This document shows positions 1-8,136 of a stretch of DNA of 32,000 nucleotides, in pieces (positions within the stretch are counted from its first letter, which is position 1; every line of letters starts with the position of its first letter). The stretch covers positions 264,784-296,783 of the forward strand of contig CAKOOM010000002.1 in assembly GCA_934098395.1 (NCBI GenBank). Reading direction: 5' to 3'. The DNA is from an uncultured Bacilli bacterium (GTDB lineage Bacteria; Bacillota_I; Bacilli_A; RF39; UBA660). The position numbers were made by a program, and so were the translations under genes. The notes under the pieces were generated by a model. That model was not told the DNA's origin, ran no database searches, and saw nothing but the letters and a program-made list of their open reading frames with translations.

Positions 1-1276
1 TTCTTCCGGTATAATAACTACTTGAATTATTGATATATATTTCTTCATTTATTCCATAATTAGAATGTGATAAATAAGCCACAGCTCCCCACTCACTATT
101 TTTCATCATGTGCGCGTCTATTTTTGATGTGGAACCGTATGTACTGGTGCCAAATTTTTGGGCTGTTGAAAATTGAGTACTCACATTTTGATTTCTTAAT
201 GAACTTAGATTAGGTTTTACGGTTGGTGTTGTCGCATCACCAGTTGTTTCAAACTTACCTACCCAGATACCATTTAATTCTGTGTCCCCGAAAGTAAAAG
301 CTGGATGGGTTCGGTAACTTCCTACCGTGGTACCGATTGATTTAGTTGTTGTTTTATTTTCAAATACAATATCAATTGTTTGTTCACTACTATTACTACT
401 TTCTGTGGTAGTCCATATTTTATATTTATACCTAGGTATCCATACGAGATATGCCAATATATCTGACTCGGCTACCAATACATCTGTAGTATCTAGATAT
501 TTACTTCTTGATGAAGATGTTGTTAATACGACATTAGCCCATTTTTTACTTTCATAATTATACCAATTAGAGTCATTTTTAGATATTGTTTTAATTGTTG
601 TTTCACTACCGCTGTTATCTATGACTACTGGTATCATGCCATCATCTAATTCAGGTGTTGCTCCGTTTAAAATACTTTCACTATATGCTTTTGCTTCATC
701 AGTACACTCACCGTTTAGCGATAGACTAAATGATTGGCTTTGAGTTTCAGTACTTGTTTCTTCTTTATCTAGCCAGATATATAAATAATAAGTGTTGGTT
801 GTTGATCCATTGTATTCTTTTGAAGACAAGAGCTCTATTTTATCTCCTTGACTTGTACCAGTAAATGTTCCTGATGTAACCAATCCAGTTTCACAACTAG
901 TATCTGAGGTAGTTAAGGCATATTTAAAATTATTACTGTTAGATAGACCATTTCCTATTTCATTGATATCTAACCATAAATCCATATAGATAGAATTATT
1001 ATTTATAGTTTGTGTTCTTGTAGTTAGCGTTCTTTTTATAGCGTGTGTTCCAGTACAGCTATCTGGCATTAAATGAGTATCATTACTTGAAATTGTTCCA
1101 CCAATATCGGCAGAACATGACATTTTTTTATCTATAGTATTTTTATCTATAGTAAAAGTTAACTCTGTTTTTTGAGATTCGCTAGTTTGCCAATTATAAT
1201 ATGCAAGAGAGCCGCCAATTATGGTAAAGGTTATTGTTAACATTATTAAGATTATGATTAAATTCTTGTTTTTCAT
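1..1276 (-). CDS. Secreted protein, paralog 1 of the 615-aa protein. The C-terminal end runs off the window. It has a SipW-type signal-peptide-like N-terminus and an FGE-sulfatase-like C-terminal region.
   Basis: Hand translation from the ATG at 1276-1274 gives MKNKNLIIILIMLTITFTIIGGSLAYYNWQTSESQKTELTFTIDKNTIDKKMSCSAD... The frame stays open to position 1. It is absent from the ORF track, presumably because no stop codon lies in the window. It aligns colinearly with 1971-3261. Confidence 0.8.
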   Translation of the reverse strand, partial: MKNKNLIIILIMLTITFTIIGGSLAYYNWQTSESQKTELTFTIDKNTIDKKMSCSADIGGTISSNDTHLMPDSCTGTHAIKRTLTTRTQTINNNSIYMDLWLDINEIGNGLSNSNNFKYALTTSDTSCETGLVTSGTFTGTSQGDKIELLSSKEYNGSTTNTYYLYIWLDKEETSTETQSQSFSLSLNGECTDEAKAYSESILNGATPELDDGMIPVVIDNSGSETTIKTISKNDSNWYNYESKKWANVVLTTSSSRSKYLDTTDVLVAESDILAYLVWIPRYKYKIWTTTESSNSSEQTIDIVFENKTTTKSIGTTVGSYRTHPAFTFGDTELNGIWVGKFETTGDATTPTVKPNLSSLRNQNVSTQFSTAQKFGTSTYGSTSKIDAHMMKNSEWGAVAYLSHSNYGINEEIYINNSSSYYTGR

Positions 1277-1298
1277 CTATCTCACCTATCATATAACT

Positions 1299-1328
1299 AT
1301 GATACCGCAAGAAGTATTAGGATGTCAA
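1299..1328 (-). promoter_or_regulatory. Putative sigma-A promoter of paralog 1 (TTGACA, 18-nt spacer, TATCAT)
   Basis: On the minus strand, TTGACA lies at 1328-1323 and TATCAT at 1304-1299. A GGTGAG RBS precedes the ATG at 1276. A 7-bp inverted repeat (TATCATA-taac-TATGATA, 1287-1304) overlaps the -10. Confidence 0.35.
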
Positions 1329-1339
1329 CGAGTTTTGGA

Positions 1340-1377
1340 TAAAAAATAATACTTTTTCACTATATGGAAAAAGCATT
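1340..1377 (-). terminator. Hairpin terminator downstream of the 615-aa gene. It is a copy of the 3327-3365 hairpin with one stem mismatch.
   Basis: The arms aatactttttc (1348-1358) and gaaaaagcatt (1367-1377) pair. An A-run at 1341-1346 gives the U-tract on the minus strand. Confidence 0.5.
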
Positions 1378-1413
1378 ATTTTGTCTTTTTTATATTTATA
1401 TTATATTTTTTTA

Positions 1414-3261
1414 TTAATCAATATATACAATGACTGAACGAAATGTAACATTGGTAGCTAAATCCCCTGTACCAAAGCCAGCATATAATTCACCTGTTTC
1501 GGCAGCATTGCCACCATAACATCCGCCACCACGAAGAATCCATGGAGAACTTGTACTGAGACTATATATCTCTCTATCATACCAACCGGCCGTTTCAGAT
1601 AAAGCATGCCCGTAACATATCCCGTTATTACACGCAGTAAGTGAACTGGTAGTAGTATAATCATCATAATACTTGCTATCCGGTTTACCATTAAAACCAG
1701 CATAATTAGTACCTGTCGTTGCTTCCCATGATTTTCTACTTGCTCCCCATGTTGTACTGGCTCCGCTGTAATACCCCATCACATATTCCAACGTACCTCC
1801 AGACATATCATATATTCCCGTAATGTTACCAGTGGTGCTAGCCTTTGTACCTAGAGTTCTATCATCGGCGTATTCTCCAATTTTTCCATTGTATGATATT
1901 ATTTTTCCATCCCAAGTATATGCTCCACCCCCACTGGTATTAGCATAACATGATCTTACTTCTCCAGCACTTCTTCCAGTATAATATCCTGTACTGTTAT
2001 TTGAATACATTTCTTCATCTATTCCATAAATTGAGTGTGCTAGATATGCGGTAGCTCCCCACTCGCTATTCTTCATCATATGCGCATCTACTTTTGATGT
2101 TGAACCGTATTCGCTGGTGCCAAATTTTTGTGCTGTTTCAAATTGCATACTTACTTTTAAAGTTCTCAACGCTAATGAATTTGGCTTTATGCTTAAATCA
2201 TCTATTGGTTCACCTGCTATTTCGTATCGTGCACTATCTCCTGTCGTTTCAAACTTACCTACCCATATACCATTTAATTCGGTATTGCCAAAAGTAAAGG
2301 CTGGATGTGTACGGTAACTTCCTACCGTAGTACCAGTTGATTTAGTTGTTGTTTTATTTTCAAATACAATATCAATTGTTTGTTCGTTACCATTGCTACT
2401 TTCTGTCGTAGTCCATATTTTATATTTATATCTAGGTATCCATACCAAGTATGCCAATATATCTGATTCGGATACAGACACTCCGGTAGTATTCAGATAT
2501 TTGCTTCTTGATGAAGATGTTGTTAAAACGACATTAGCCCATTTTTTATTCTCATAATTATACCAATTCGAATCATTTCTTTTGATAGTTTTTACAGTTG
2601 TTTCACTACCGCTATTATCTATGACTACTGGTATCATGCCATCATCTAATTCAGGTGTTGCTCCGTTTAAAATACTTTCACTGTATACTATTTGCGAATC
2701 ACTACATTCACCGTTTAGGGATAGACTGAATGATTGGCTTTGAGTTTCAGTACTTGTTTCAGCACTATCTAACCAAATATATAAATAATAAGTGTTGGTT
2801 GTTGAATCATTGTATTCATTTGAAGACAAGAGCTCTATTTTATCTCCTTGACTTGTACCGGTAAATGTTCCTGATGTAACCAATCCAGTTTCACAACTAG
2901 TATCTGAGGTAGTTAAGGCATATTTAAAATTATTACTGTTAGATAGACCATTTCCTATTTCATTGATATCTAACCATAAATCCATATAGATAGAATTATT
3001 ATTTATAGTTTGTGTTCTTGTAGTTAGCGTTCTTTTTATAGCGTGTGTTCCAGTACAGCTATCTGGCATTAAATGAGTATCATTACTTGAAATTGTTCCA
3101 CCAATATCGGCAGAACATGACATTTTTTTATCTATAGTAAAAGTTAACTCTGTTTTTTGTGATTCACTAGTTTGCCATGTGAAATAAGCTAGAGTTCCAC
3201 CCATTATGGTAAAGGTTATCGTTAACATCATTAAAATTATGATTAAATTCTTGTTTTTCAT
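1414..3261 (-). CDS. Secreted protein, paralog 2 (615 aa), with a SipW-type signal-peptide-like N-terminus and an FGE-sulfatase (SUMF1)-like C-terminal domain
   Basis: The N-terminus MKNKNLIIILMMLTITFTIMGGTLAYFTWQTSES resembles the TasA/camelysin-class signal (hydrophobic core followed by GGT-x-AYFT). C-terminal motifs are HPAFTFG..LNGIWVGKFE, NSEWGATAYLAHSIYG, GIYDMSGGTLEYV, ILRGGG and TFRSVIV. These resemble the FGE-sulfatase motifs GLYDMSGNVWEW, RGGSW and GFR. Confidence 0.7.
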   Translation of the reverse strand: MKNKNLIIILMMLTITFTIMGGTLAYFTWQTSESQKTELTFTIDKKMSCSADIGGTISSNDTHLMPDSCTGTHAIKRTLTTRTQTINNNSIYMDLWLDINEIGNGLSNSNNFKYALTTSDTSCETGLVTSGTFTGTSQGDKIELLSSNEYNDSTTNTYYLYIWLDSAETSTETQSQSFSLSLNGECSDSQIVYSESILNGATPELDDGMIPVVIDNSGSETTVKTIKRNDSNWYNYENKKWANVVLTTSSSRSKYLNTTGVSVSESDILAYLVWIPRYKYKIWTTTESSNGNEQTIDIVFENKTTTKSTGTTVGSYRTHPAFTFGNTELNGIWVGKFETTGDSARYEIAGEPIDDLSIKPNSLALRTLKVSMQFETAQKFGTSEYGSTSKVDAHMMKNSEWGATAYLAHSIYGIDEEMYSNNSTGYYTGRSAGEVRSCYANTSGGGAYTWDGKIISYNGKIGEYADDRTLGTKASTTGNITGIYDMSGGTLEYVMGYYSGASTTWGASRKSWEATTGTNYAGFNGKPDSKYYDDYTTTSSLTACNNGICYGHALSETAGWYDREIYSLSTSSPWILRGGGCYGGNAAETGELYAGFGTGDLATNVTFRSVIVYID

Positions 3262-3283
3262 CTATCTCACCTATCATATAACT

Positions 3284-3315
3284 ATGATACCGCAAAAAAA
3301 TAGTTAGGATGTCAA
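3284..3315 (-). promoter_or_regulatory. Putative promoter of paralog 2 (TTGACA, 20-nt spacer containing a T7 run, TATCAT)
   Basis: The hexamers match copy 1: TTGACA at 3315-3310 and TATCAT at 3289-3284. The spacer is 2 nt longer because of the homopolymer run at 3294-3300. The inverted repeat at 3272-3289 is conserved. Confidence 0.3.
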
Positions 3316-3326
3316 CGGGTTTTTGA

Positions 3327-3365
3327 TAAAAAAATAATGCTTTTTCACTATATGGAAAAAGCATT
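3327..3365 (-). terminator. Rho-independent terminator ending the long pilin/housekeeping transcription unit
   Basis: A perfect 11-bp stem forms between aatgctttttc (3336-3346) and gaaaaagcatt (3355-3365) with an 8-nt loop. On the minus strand it is followed by AUUUUUUUA (3327-3335). Confidence 0.65.
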
Positions 3366-3383
3366 ATTTTGTGTATGTTATTT

Positions 3384-3800
3384 TTATACTGATAAATTTT
3401 TCGTATTTATAGATATATTGTATGATTTTTTTGTAGTTTTTACTGTTAAAGGAATATTTAATTCAATTAAATTTGTTGATGTGATATTACAAGTAATAGC
3501 ATCTACATCTATAGTTGTATATTTATTTACTTCAATAATAGTATCTTTGTATTTAAATTTATTACCATCAACTGATATATTATTACATGAAAATTGAGTA
3601 TTTTTATTATATACATCTCTCATAATGGTATTTGTAATAATAGCCTGATCGGTTCTGGCAAGAGTATCAACGAATAAATCATCATTTTTATTTTTTAATT
3701 TTATTACTAGGTCTAGTAAGAAGTATGCAACGCCGAAGGCTATAACTGATGCAAGAATTATTTCTACGAGCATATATCCTTTATTATTTAATTTTTTCAT
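3384..3800 (-). CDS. Type IV pilin-like (minor pseudopilin) protein
   Basis: The N-terminus MKKLNNKG/YMLVEIILASVIAFG has a basic leader, Gly at -1, Glu at +5 and a hydrophobic helix. Its start abuts the stop of the upstream pilin gene. Confidence 0.7.
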   Translation of the reverse strand: MKKLNNKGYMLVEIILASVIAFGVAYFLLDLVIKLKNKNDDLFVDTLARTDQAIITNTIMRDVYNKNTQFSCNNISVDGNKFKYKDTIIEVNKYTTIDVDAITCNITSTNLIELNIPLTVKTTKKSYNISINTKNLSV

Positions 3801-4241
3801 TTAATTATACTCCCCACTCTCAAGATAACCATATTTACACTCTTTTTTAACTTTATCACATTTTTCCATGACCAATATATAATTGCAGTTATCCACGGTT
3901 ATGGAATTTTTTAAATATTCTAGATATTCATTAAAGGTAGTATTTTCTTGTGATAGATTGGTATCAGTTATTTTATTATCTGTTAAAGGTATGGCGTAAA
4001 CAGTAGTATTAGATTCGGAATCTTTTATAATTTTAGTGTTATTTGTAGGTGCAACTATTACTTCATTTCTTCTTATTTGATCTAAATCGTAGATAATGGA
4101 TACATCATAGTAATTAATTCTTTTTTTGTATGTAGAATATATTTTATTATAACTCATATATAGACTAGTTAAAGTTATTAAAACGATTGATGATACGACA
4201 ATTACTTCGGCCATCATAAAGCCTTTTTTATTCAATTTCAT
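3801..4241 (-). CDS. Type IV pilin-like (minor pseudopilin) protein
   Basis: The maximal ORF reaches 4250. The ATG at 4241 gives MKLNKKG/FMMAEVIVVSSIVL, which parallels the other pilins, and forms a TA-A-TG overlap with the upstream stop. Confidence 0.7.
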   Translation of the reverse strand: MKLNKKGFMMAEVIVVSSIVLITLTSLYMSYNKIYSTYKKRINYYDVSIIYDLDQIRRNEVIVAPTNNTKIIKDSESNTTVYAIPLTDNKITDTNLSQENTTFNEYLEYLKNSITVDNCNYILVMEKCDKVKKECKYGYLESGEYN

Positions 4242-4585
4242 TAATTGCATGCCTCATTTTTATAAGTACAATTTCCATCACAGTTGATAGAACCTGTAAA
4301 TTGTTTATCATCGGCATCTTTTATTTCACTATCTTCAAGATTAAAGTATTGGCTAAGAGTCCCTATATTGACACATTTTTTGGTAGTAGTATAGTTATTG
4401 ATATTTTCTTCAAAATATAGTTCTCCATAACTAACTAATACTTCTTTCTTAGCATTATTTGTTTTTTGTTTGTTTCTTTCGATAGCTGATGAAATTGAAG
4501 ATATGGCTATGGTAGATATTGCTAATAAGATAACAATAACTGCTAAGAGTTCGATTAAAGTAAATCCCTTTTTATTTAGTTTCAT
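4241..4585 (-). CDS. Prepilin-type N-terminal cleavage/methylation domain protein (ComGC-like major pseudopilin candidate)
   Basis: MKLNKKG/FTLIELLAVIVILLAISTIA is a textbook class III signal, with G at -1, F at +1 and E at +5. Confidence 0.8.
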   Translation of the reverse strand: MKLNKKGFTLIELLAVIVILLAISTIAISSISSAIERNKQKTNNAKKEVLVSYGELYFEENINNYTTTKKCVNIGTLSQYFNLEDSEIKDADDKQFTGSINCDGNCTYKNEACN

Positions 4586-4589
4586 ATTA

Positions 4590-5678
4590 TCAATCCTTTC
4601 TTAATCTTTTTACTTTTACTGCTGTTTCTTCTTTGTCATTTATTAAATTGTCTATTGAGTTACCATAGTTTAAGTGATTTATAATATTAGCTATTTTATA
4701 TGAACAATCTACGGAATTAAACCACTCTTTATTTTTTACTTCTTCTCTAACATAGCTTACGTTTGTAGCATATACACGATTAAAATAACCTTTTTCATAA
4801 TATTTATCAAACTTATCAATCCCACTTGTGAAAAGGGCAAAGGTTGTCATTAGATATACTTTAGATACACCTTGTTCTTTTAAGTTTTTGGCGGTATCTA
4901 AAATTGAAGTGCCTGAGGCAATCATATCATCTACGACAATAGCGTCTAATCCGGATAAATTCGGCCCTAGAAAACGATGATCAACGATTGGGTGTAAGCC
5001 ATTTTCTAATTTGGTATAATCTCTTTGTTTATAAAAGTATCCCAAGGCTCCATTACCTAGAACATTAGATACGAATCTTGCACGATCCATGGCTCCACTG
5101 TCAGGAGCAATAGATGCTATATTATTAATATTAAGATCTTTTTCATTTTCTAATAGGGATAAGATTAAATCTCCAGTTAGGTAAACACTTTCAAAAGCAA
5201 GATTAGGTACGGCATTCATTACACCTTTATTATGAACGTCACAAGTAATTATTTCATTTACTCCCATGCGTGATATTTCTTGAAGAGCAACGGCACAATC
5301 AAGAGATTCACGAGAATCTTTTTTATCTTGACGGGATTCATATAGGTATGGGAGAATTAAGGTTATTTTACTAGCATGTCCACATTCGGCACTTAGAATT
5401 CTTTTTATATCTTGGAAGTGTTCGTCTGGTGACATGTAATGTTTACGATTAAAGAATTCATATGATATATCATAATTAGATATATCACTTAGAATGTATA
5501 AATCTTTATCTCTGATTGTTTCTTCCAATACGGCTTTCCCTTCACCATTATTAAATCTTACTAAATTTGTTTTTACGAGATAATTTTGATTAGTTTCTCT
5601 AATACGATTAATATGTTCATTTACTTTATTACCAAATTCTTTAAAATTATTGGGTACTATTATTTTTAAATCTTTCAT
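4590..5678 (-). CDS. prs: Ribose-phosphate diphosphokinase (PRPP synthetase), long form
   Basis: It carries the PRPP-binding loop AIVVDDMIASGTSILDTA, ITCDVHN and LPYLYESRQDKK. At 362 aa it is longer than the typical ~315 aa. Confidence 0.8.
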   Translation of the reverse strand: MKDLKIIVPNNFKEFGNKVNEHINRIRETNQNYLVKTNLVRFNNGEGKAVLEETIRDKDLYILSDISNYDISYEFFNRKHYMSPDEHFQDIKRILSAECGHASKITLILPYLYESRQDKKDSRESLDCAVALQEISRMGVNEIITCDVHNKGVMNAVPNLAFESVYLTGDLILSLLENEKDLNINNIASIAPDSGAMDRARFVSNVLGNGALGYFYKQRDYTKLENGLHPIVDHRFLGPNLSGLDAIVVDDMIASGTSILDTAKNLKEQGVSKVYLMTTFALFTSGIDKFDKYYEKGYFNRVYATNVSYVREEVKNKEWFNSVDCSYKIANIINHLNYGNSIDNLINDKEETAVKVKRLRKD

Positions 5679-5694
5679 ACTACAAACCGCCTTA

Positions 5695-6261
5695 TTATAT
5701 TATTTCTAATTTTTCAAATTTTATATTTAAATAACTACGAGATGCTAAGAAATCGCATCGATGAACGTATTTTTCTAATTCATTTTTGGGAGTTGGAAGA
5801 ACTACTTTACTATATTTATTAGTATTCCATTTACCCATATGACTTTCTATTAATTGACACATTTTTCTGACGTCATCAGTACTCATTTTTAAGTTTTTAG
5901 CATTTTCCATTATTAATTTTGATACGAGTAATGGATGATCAAATCTGGTATATTCTTCTTCAACTTCGCCTTTTTTCAAACCATCATGCATAATTAGAGC
6001 CATAATAATTAAATCTTTATCATTATCAGTAAAATTATTTACAGTATCAAATAAATCATGTGCTATTCTTACAGCGACTTTGGTATGTTTTAATAAACCG
6101 TTTTTAGTACTAGCAAATTTGGGATGATATTTTCCAGTTGAAGATGCCGGTATTTGAAAGAAATAATCGGGTAATAGATTAATAAGAAATTTTATGTCTT
6201 CTTGATAAACTTCGTTTTTTATATAGTTTATTTCAGTATTAAAATATTTAATTTTATTCAT
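5695..6261 (-). CDS. HD-domain phosphohydrolase
   Basis: Metal-ligand pattern: H..KH...A ... LIMHDGLKKG ... ESHMG. Confidence 0.65.
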   Translation of the reverse strand: MNKIKYFNTEINYIKNEVYQEDIKFLINLLPDYFFQIPASSTGKYHPKFASTKNGLLKHTKVAVRIAHDLFDTVNNFTDNDKDLIIMALIMHDGLKKGEVEEEYTRFDHPLLVSKLIMENAKNLKMSTDDVRKMCQLIESHMGKWNTNKYSKVVLPTPKNELEKYVHRCDFLASRSYLNIKFEKLEII

Positions 6262-7039
6262 TGTTCCTCCTTAGGTATACATCTAATTGGTTATATGGTA
6301 TTTCGATGTTATTTTTATTAAATGCATTTTGAATTAGTTTATAGAAATCTCTTTTTACTTGATATTGAGTTTCGGGTTTGCACTCCAATAAGACGGTATA
6401 TTTGATACTACTGGAAGAGAAATCTTCAATACCTAGAGTTTGATAATTTATAACATTTTTAATTTTTAAAACTTCGTCTGTTAATTCATTTAAAACTTTT
6501 TCTAATTTATCTATATCAGTATTATATGAGACATCTAATTTTATAAAGTTTGTAGATGTAGCTCTACTGTGATTGATTATTTGTTTAAATGATGAGTTAG
6601 ATATAATTAGAATTTCTCCAGAATATGATTTTATTTTAGTACTCATTAGACCAAAGTTAGTTACTTTTCCTTTAAAGTTATTTATGGTAACAATATCACC
6701 GATAGTGTATTTATCGTCAAAGATGATAAAGATTCCTGCTAAAAAGTCAGCTACAATATCTTGTAAGGCAAGACCAATAACTACTCCAGCAATTCCAATT
6801 GATGCAAGTATTCCATTGGTGTTTATGCCATAAACATTTAATATTGCTATGATAACAAAGATAAATATTAAGTATTTAATAATATTTTTTATTAGAGAGA
6901 TAATAGTTATTCTTCGATTATCAACGTGTTTGTTATGCATTAATTTATTTACAATATTCTTAATTATATTATAAACTATTATACCTATTAATATATAAAT
7001 TAATGGTAGATAAAATTTTTCGTTTTTAATAAAATCCAT
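6254..7039 (-). CDS. Mechanosensitive ion channel (MscS family)
   Basis: It has N-terminal TM helices and the MscS core GIAGVVIGLALQDIVADFLAGIFIIFDDKYTIGDIV..FKGKV. Confidence 0.8.
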   Translation of the reverse strand: MDFIKNEKFYLPLIYILIGIIVYNIIKNIVNKLMHNKHVDNRRITIISLIKNIIKYLIFIFVIIAILNVYGINTNGILASIGIAGVVIGLALQDIVADFLAGIFIIFDDKYTIGDIVTINNFKGKVTNFGLMSTKIKSYSGEILIISNSSFKQIINHSRATSTNFIKLDVSYNTDIDKLEKVLNELTDEVLKIKNVINYQTLGIEDFSSSSIKYTVLLECKPETQYQVKRDFYKLIQNAFNKNNIEIPYNQLDVYLRRNNE

Positions 7040-8136
7040 TATATATCACTTCCTATTAATTTTTCTAAGATATAGTTTAGTAAATATAAATATTCTTTGT
7101 TGCATCTAAGATAACCATTTGAATATTCTAAACTATTATCTTTTATTAAATTTTTAATTACATCATGTTCTAATAAATTATCTTGATATTTTTGATTAAA
7201 GGTTGCTACGTTTATTCCTTTTGTTAATCTAAGTCCAAGGATTAAATCATTTTCTTTTTGAGTAGGTATATCTTCGTAACTAGTAGTAGCAATAAATTTA
7301 TTACAATAATAAGTATGTAGATTTTTAGTATTAGATATACGAGTATTTGATAAATAACTTACGGCTCCTAAGCCAAAACCATAATAACTACCATTTAACC
7401 AATAGTTTTTGTTATGAAGGCTTTCATATCCATCTTTAGCATAATTGCTTATTTCATAATGATTATAACCATTCTTGGTTAAGGTATTTTCTATATAATC
7501 ATACATGTCTCTATCAAGCTCTTCAGGAATATATTGATGGTTATTAATATATAATTTAGTATTTTTTTCAAGGATTAGAGAATAGCATGATATGTGTGGT
7601 ATATCTAATTCAAGGAATTTTTGAATATCTTTTTTAACAATATCTATATCGGGAGTTACACCATAGATAAGATCGATATTTATATTATTAAAATATTTTT
7701 TTGTTAGATATATATTATCAAAAATGGTATCTTCATCATGTTTTCTACCTAAAATACTTTGAATAGATTTGTCGAATGACTCAACTCCAAAACTTATGCG
7801 ATTTATACCATAACTAATAAATAGATTTATTTTATCGATATTGATGTCTTCGATATTGCATTCGATAGTGTATTCATAATTATCTTCAAGATTTAGTGTA
7901 TCAACGATGCTTAGTAATTTTTCTAACTCTTTTATAGTAAGACTACTAGGGGTACCACCACCAATATAGATAGTTTTTATTGGTTCGTTATGATATCTTT
8001 CTTTGATTTCTTTTTCGAGACAATCTAAGTAATTATCGACATATTTTTCATTATATAGCATTTTACAAAAGTCACAATAAGTACAGATACTACGACAAAA
8101 GGGTATGTGAATGTATACTGATAACATATTTACCAC
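7039..8136 (-). CDS. hemW: Radical SAM heme chaperone HemW (oxygen-independent coproporphyrinogen III oxidase-like)
   Basis: It has HIPFCRSICTYCDFC (CxxxCxxC) and GGGTPS. The first codon in the track is GTG. The ATG at 8127 (MLSVYIHIPFC) is the likelier start. Confidence 0.85.
   Translation of the reverse strand: MVNMLSVYIHIPFCRSICTYCDFCKMLYNEKYVDNYLDCLEKEIKERYHNEPIKTIYIGGGTPSSLTIKELEKLLSIVDTLNLEDNYEYTIECNIEDINIDKINLFISYGINRISFGVESFDKSIQSILGRKHDEDTIFDNIYLTKKYFNNINIDLIYGVTPDIDIVKKDIQKFLELDIPHISCYSLILEKNTKLYINNHQYIPEELDRDMYDYIENTLTKNGYNHYEISNYAKDGYESLHNKNYWLNGSYYGFGLGAVSYLSNTRISNTKNLHTYYCNKFIATTSYEDIPTQKENDLILGLRLTKGINVATFNQKYQDNLLEHDVIKNLIKDNSLEYSNGYLRCNKEYLYLLNYILEKLIGSDI

Larger units (their letters stand above)
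1..3385 (-). repeat. Tandem segmental duplication. Unit 1 (~1-1400) corresponds to unit 2 (~1971-3385). Each unit carries a promoter-like region, a hairpin and the 5' two thirds of the gene.
   Basis: Direct comparison: 841-1124 differs from 2841-3124 at a single base (860 vs 2860). The upstream segments 1277-1385 and 3262-3370 are also colinear. Other blocks are clearly diverged. Confidence 0.9.

Noticed and set aside
327-557. Plus-strand ORFs antisense to the paralogs (327-557, 2094-2297, 2117-2317), plus the nested minus-strand ORF 1458-1703
   Set aside because: They overlap the long, motif-bearing minus-strand frames and translate to hydrophobic low-complexity sequence typical of antisense AT-rich DNA.
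3167-3597. Track ORFs 3167-3364 (-) and 3337-3597 (+)
   Set aside because: They run across the promoter/hairpin region or antisense to the pilin gene. The 3167-3364 ORF is out of frame with the well-supported 615-aa gene start.
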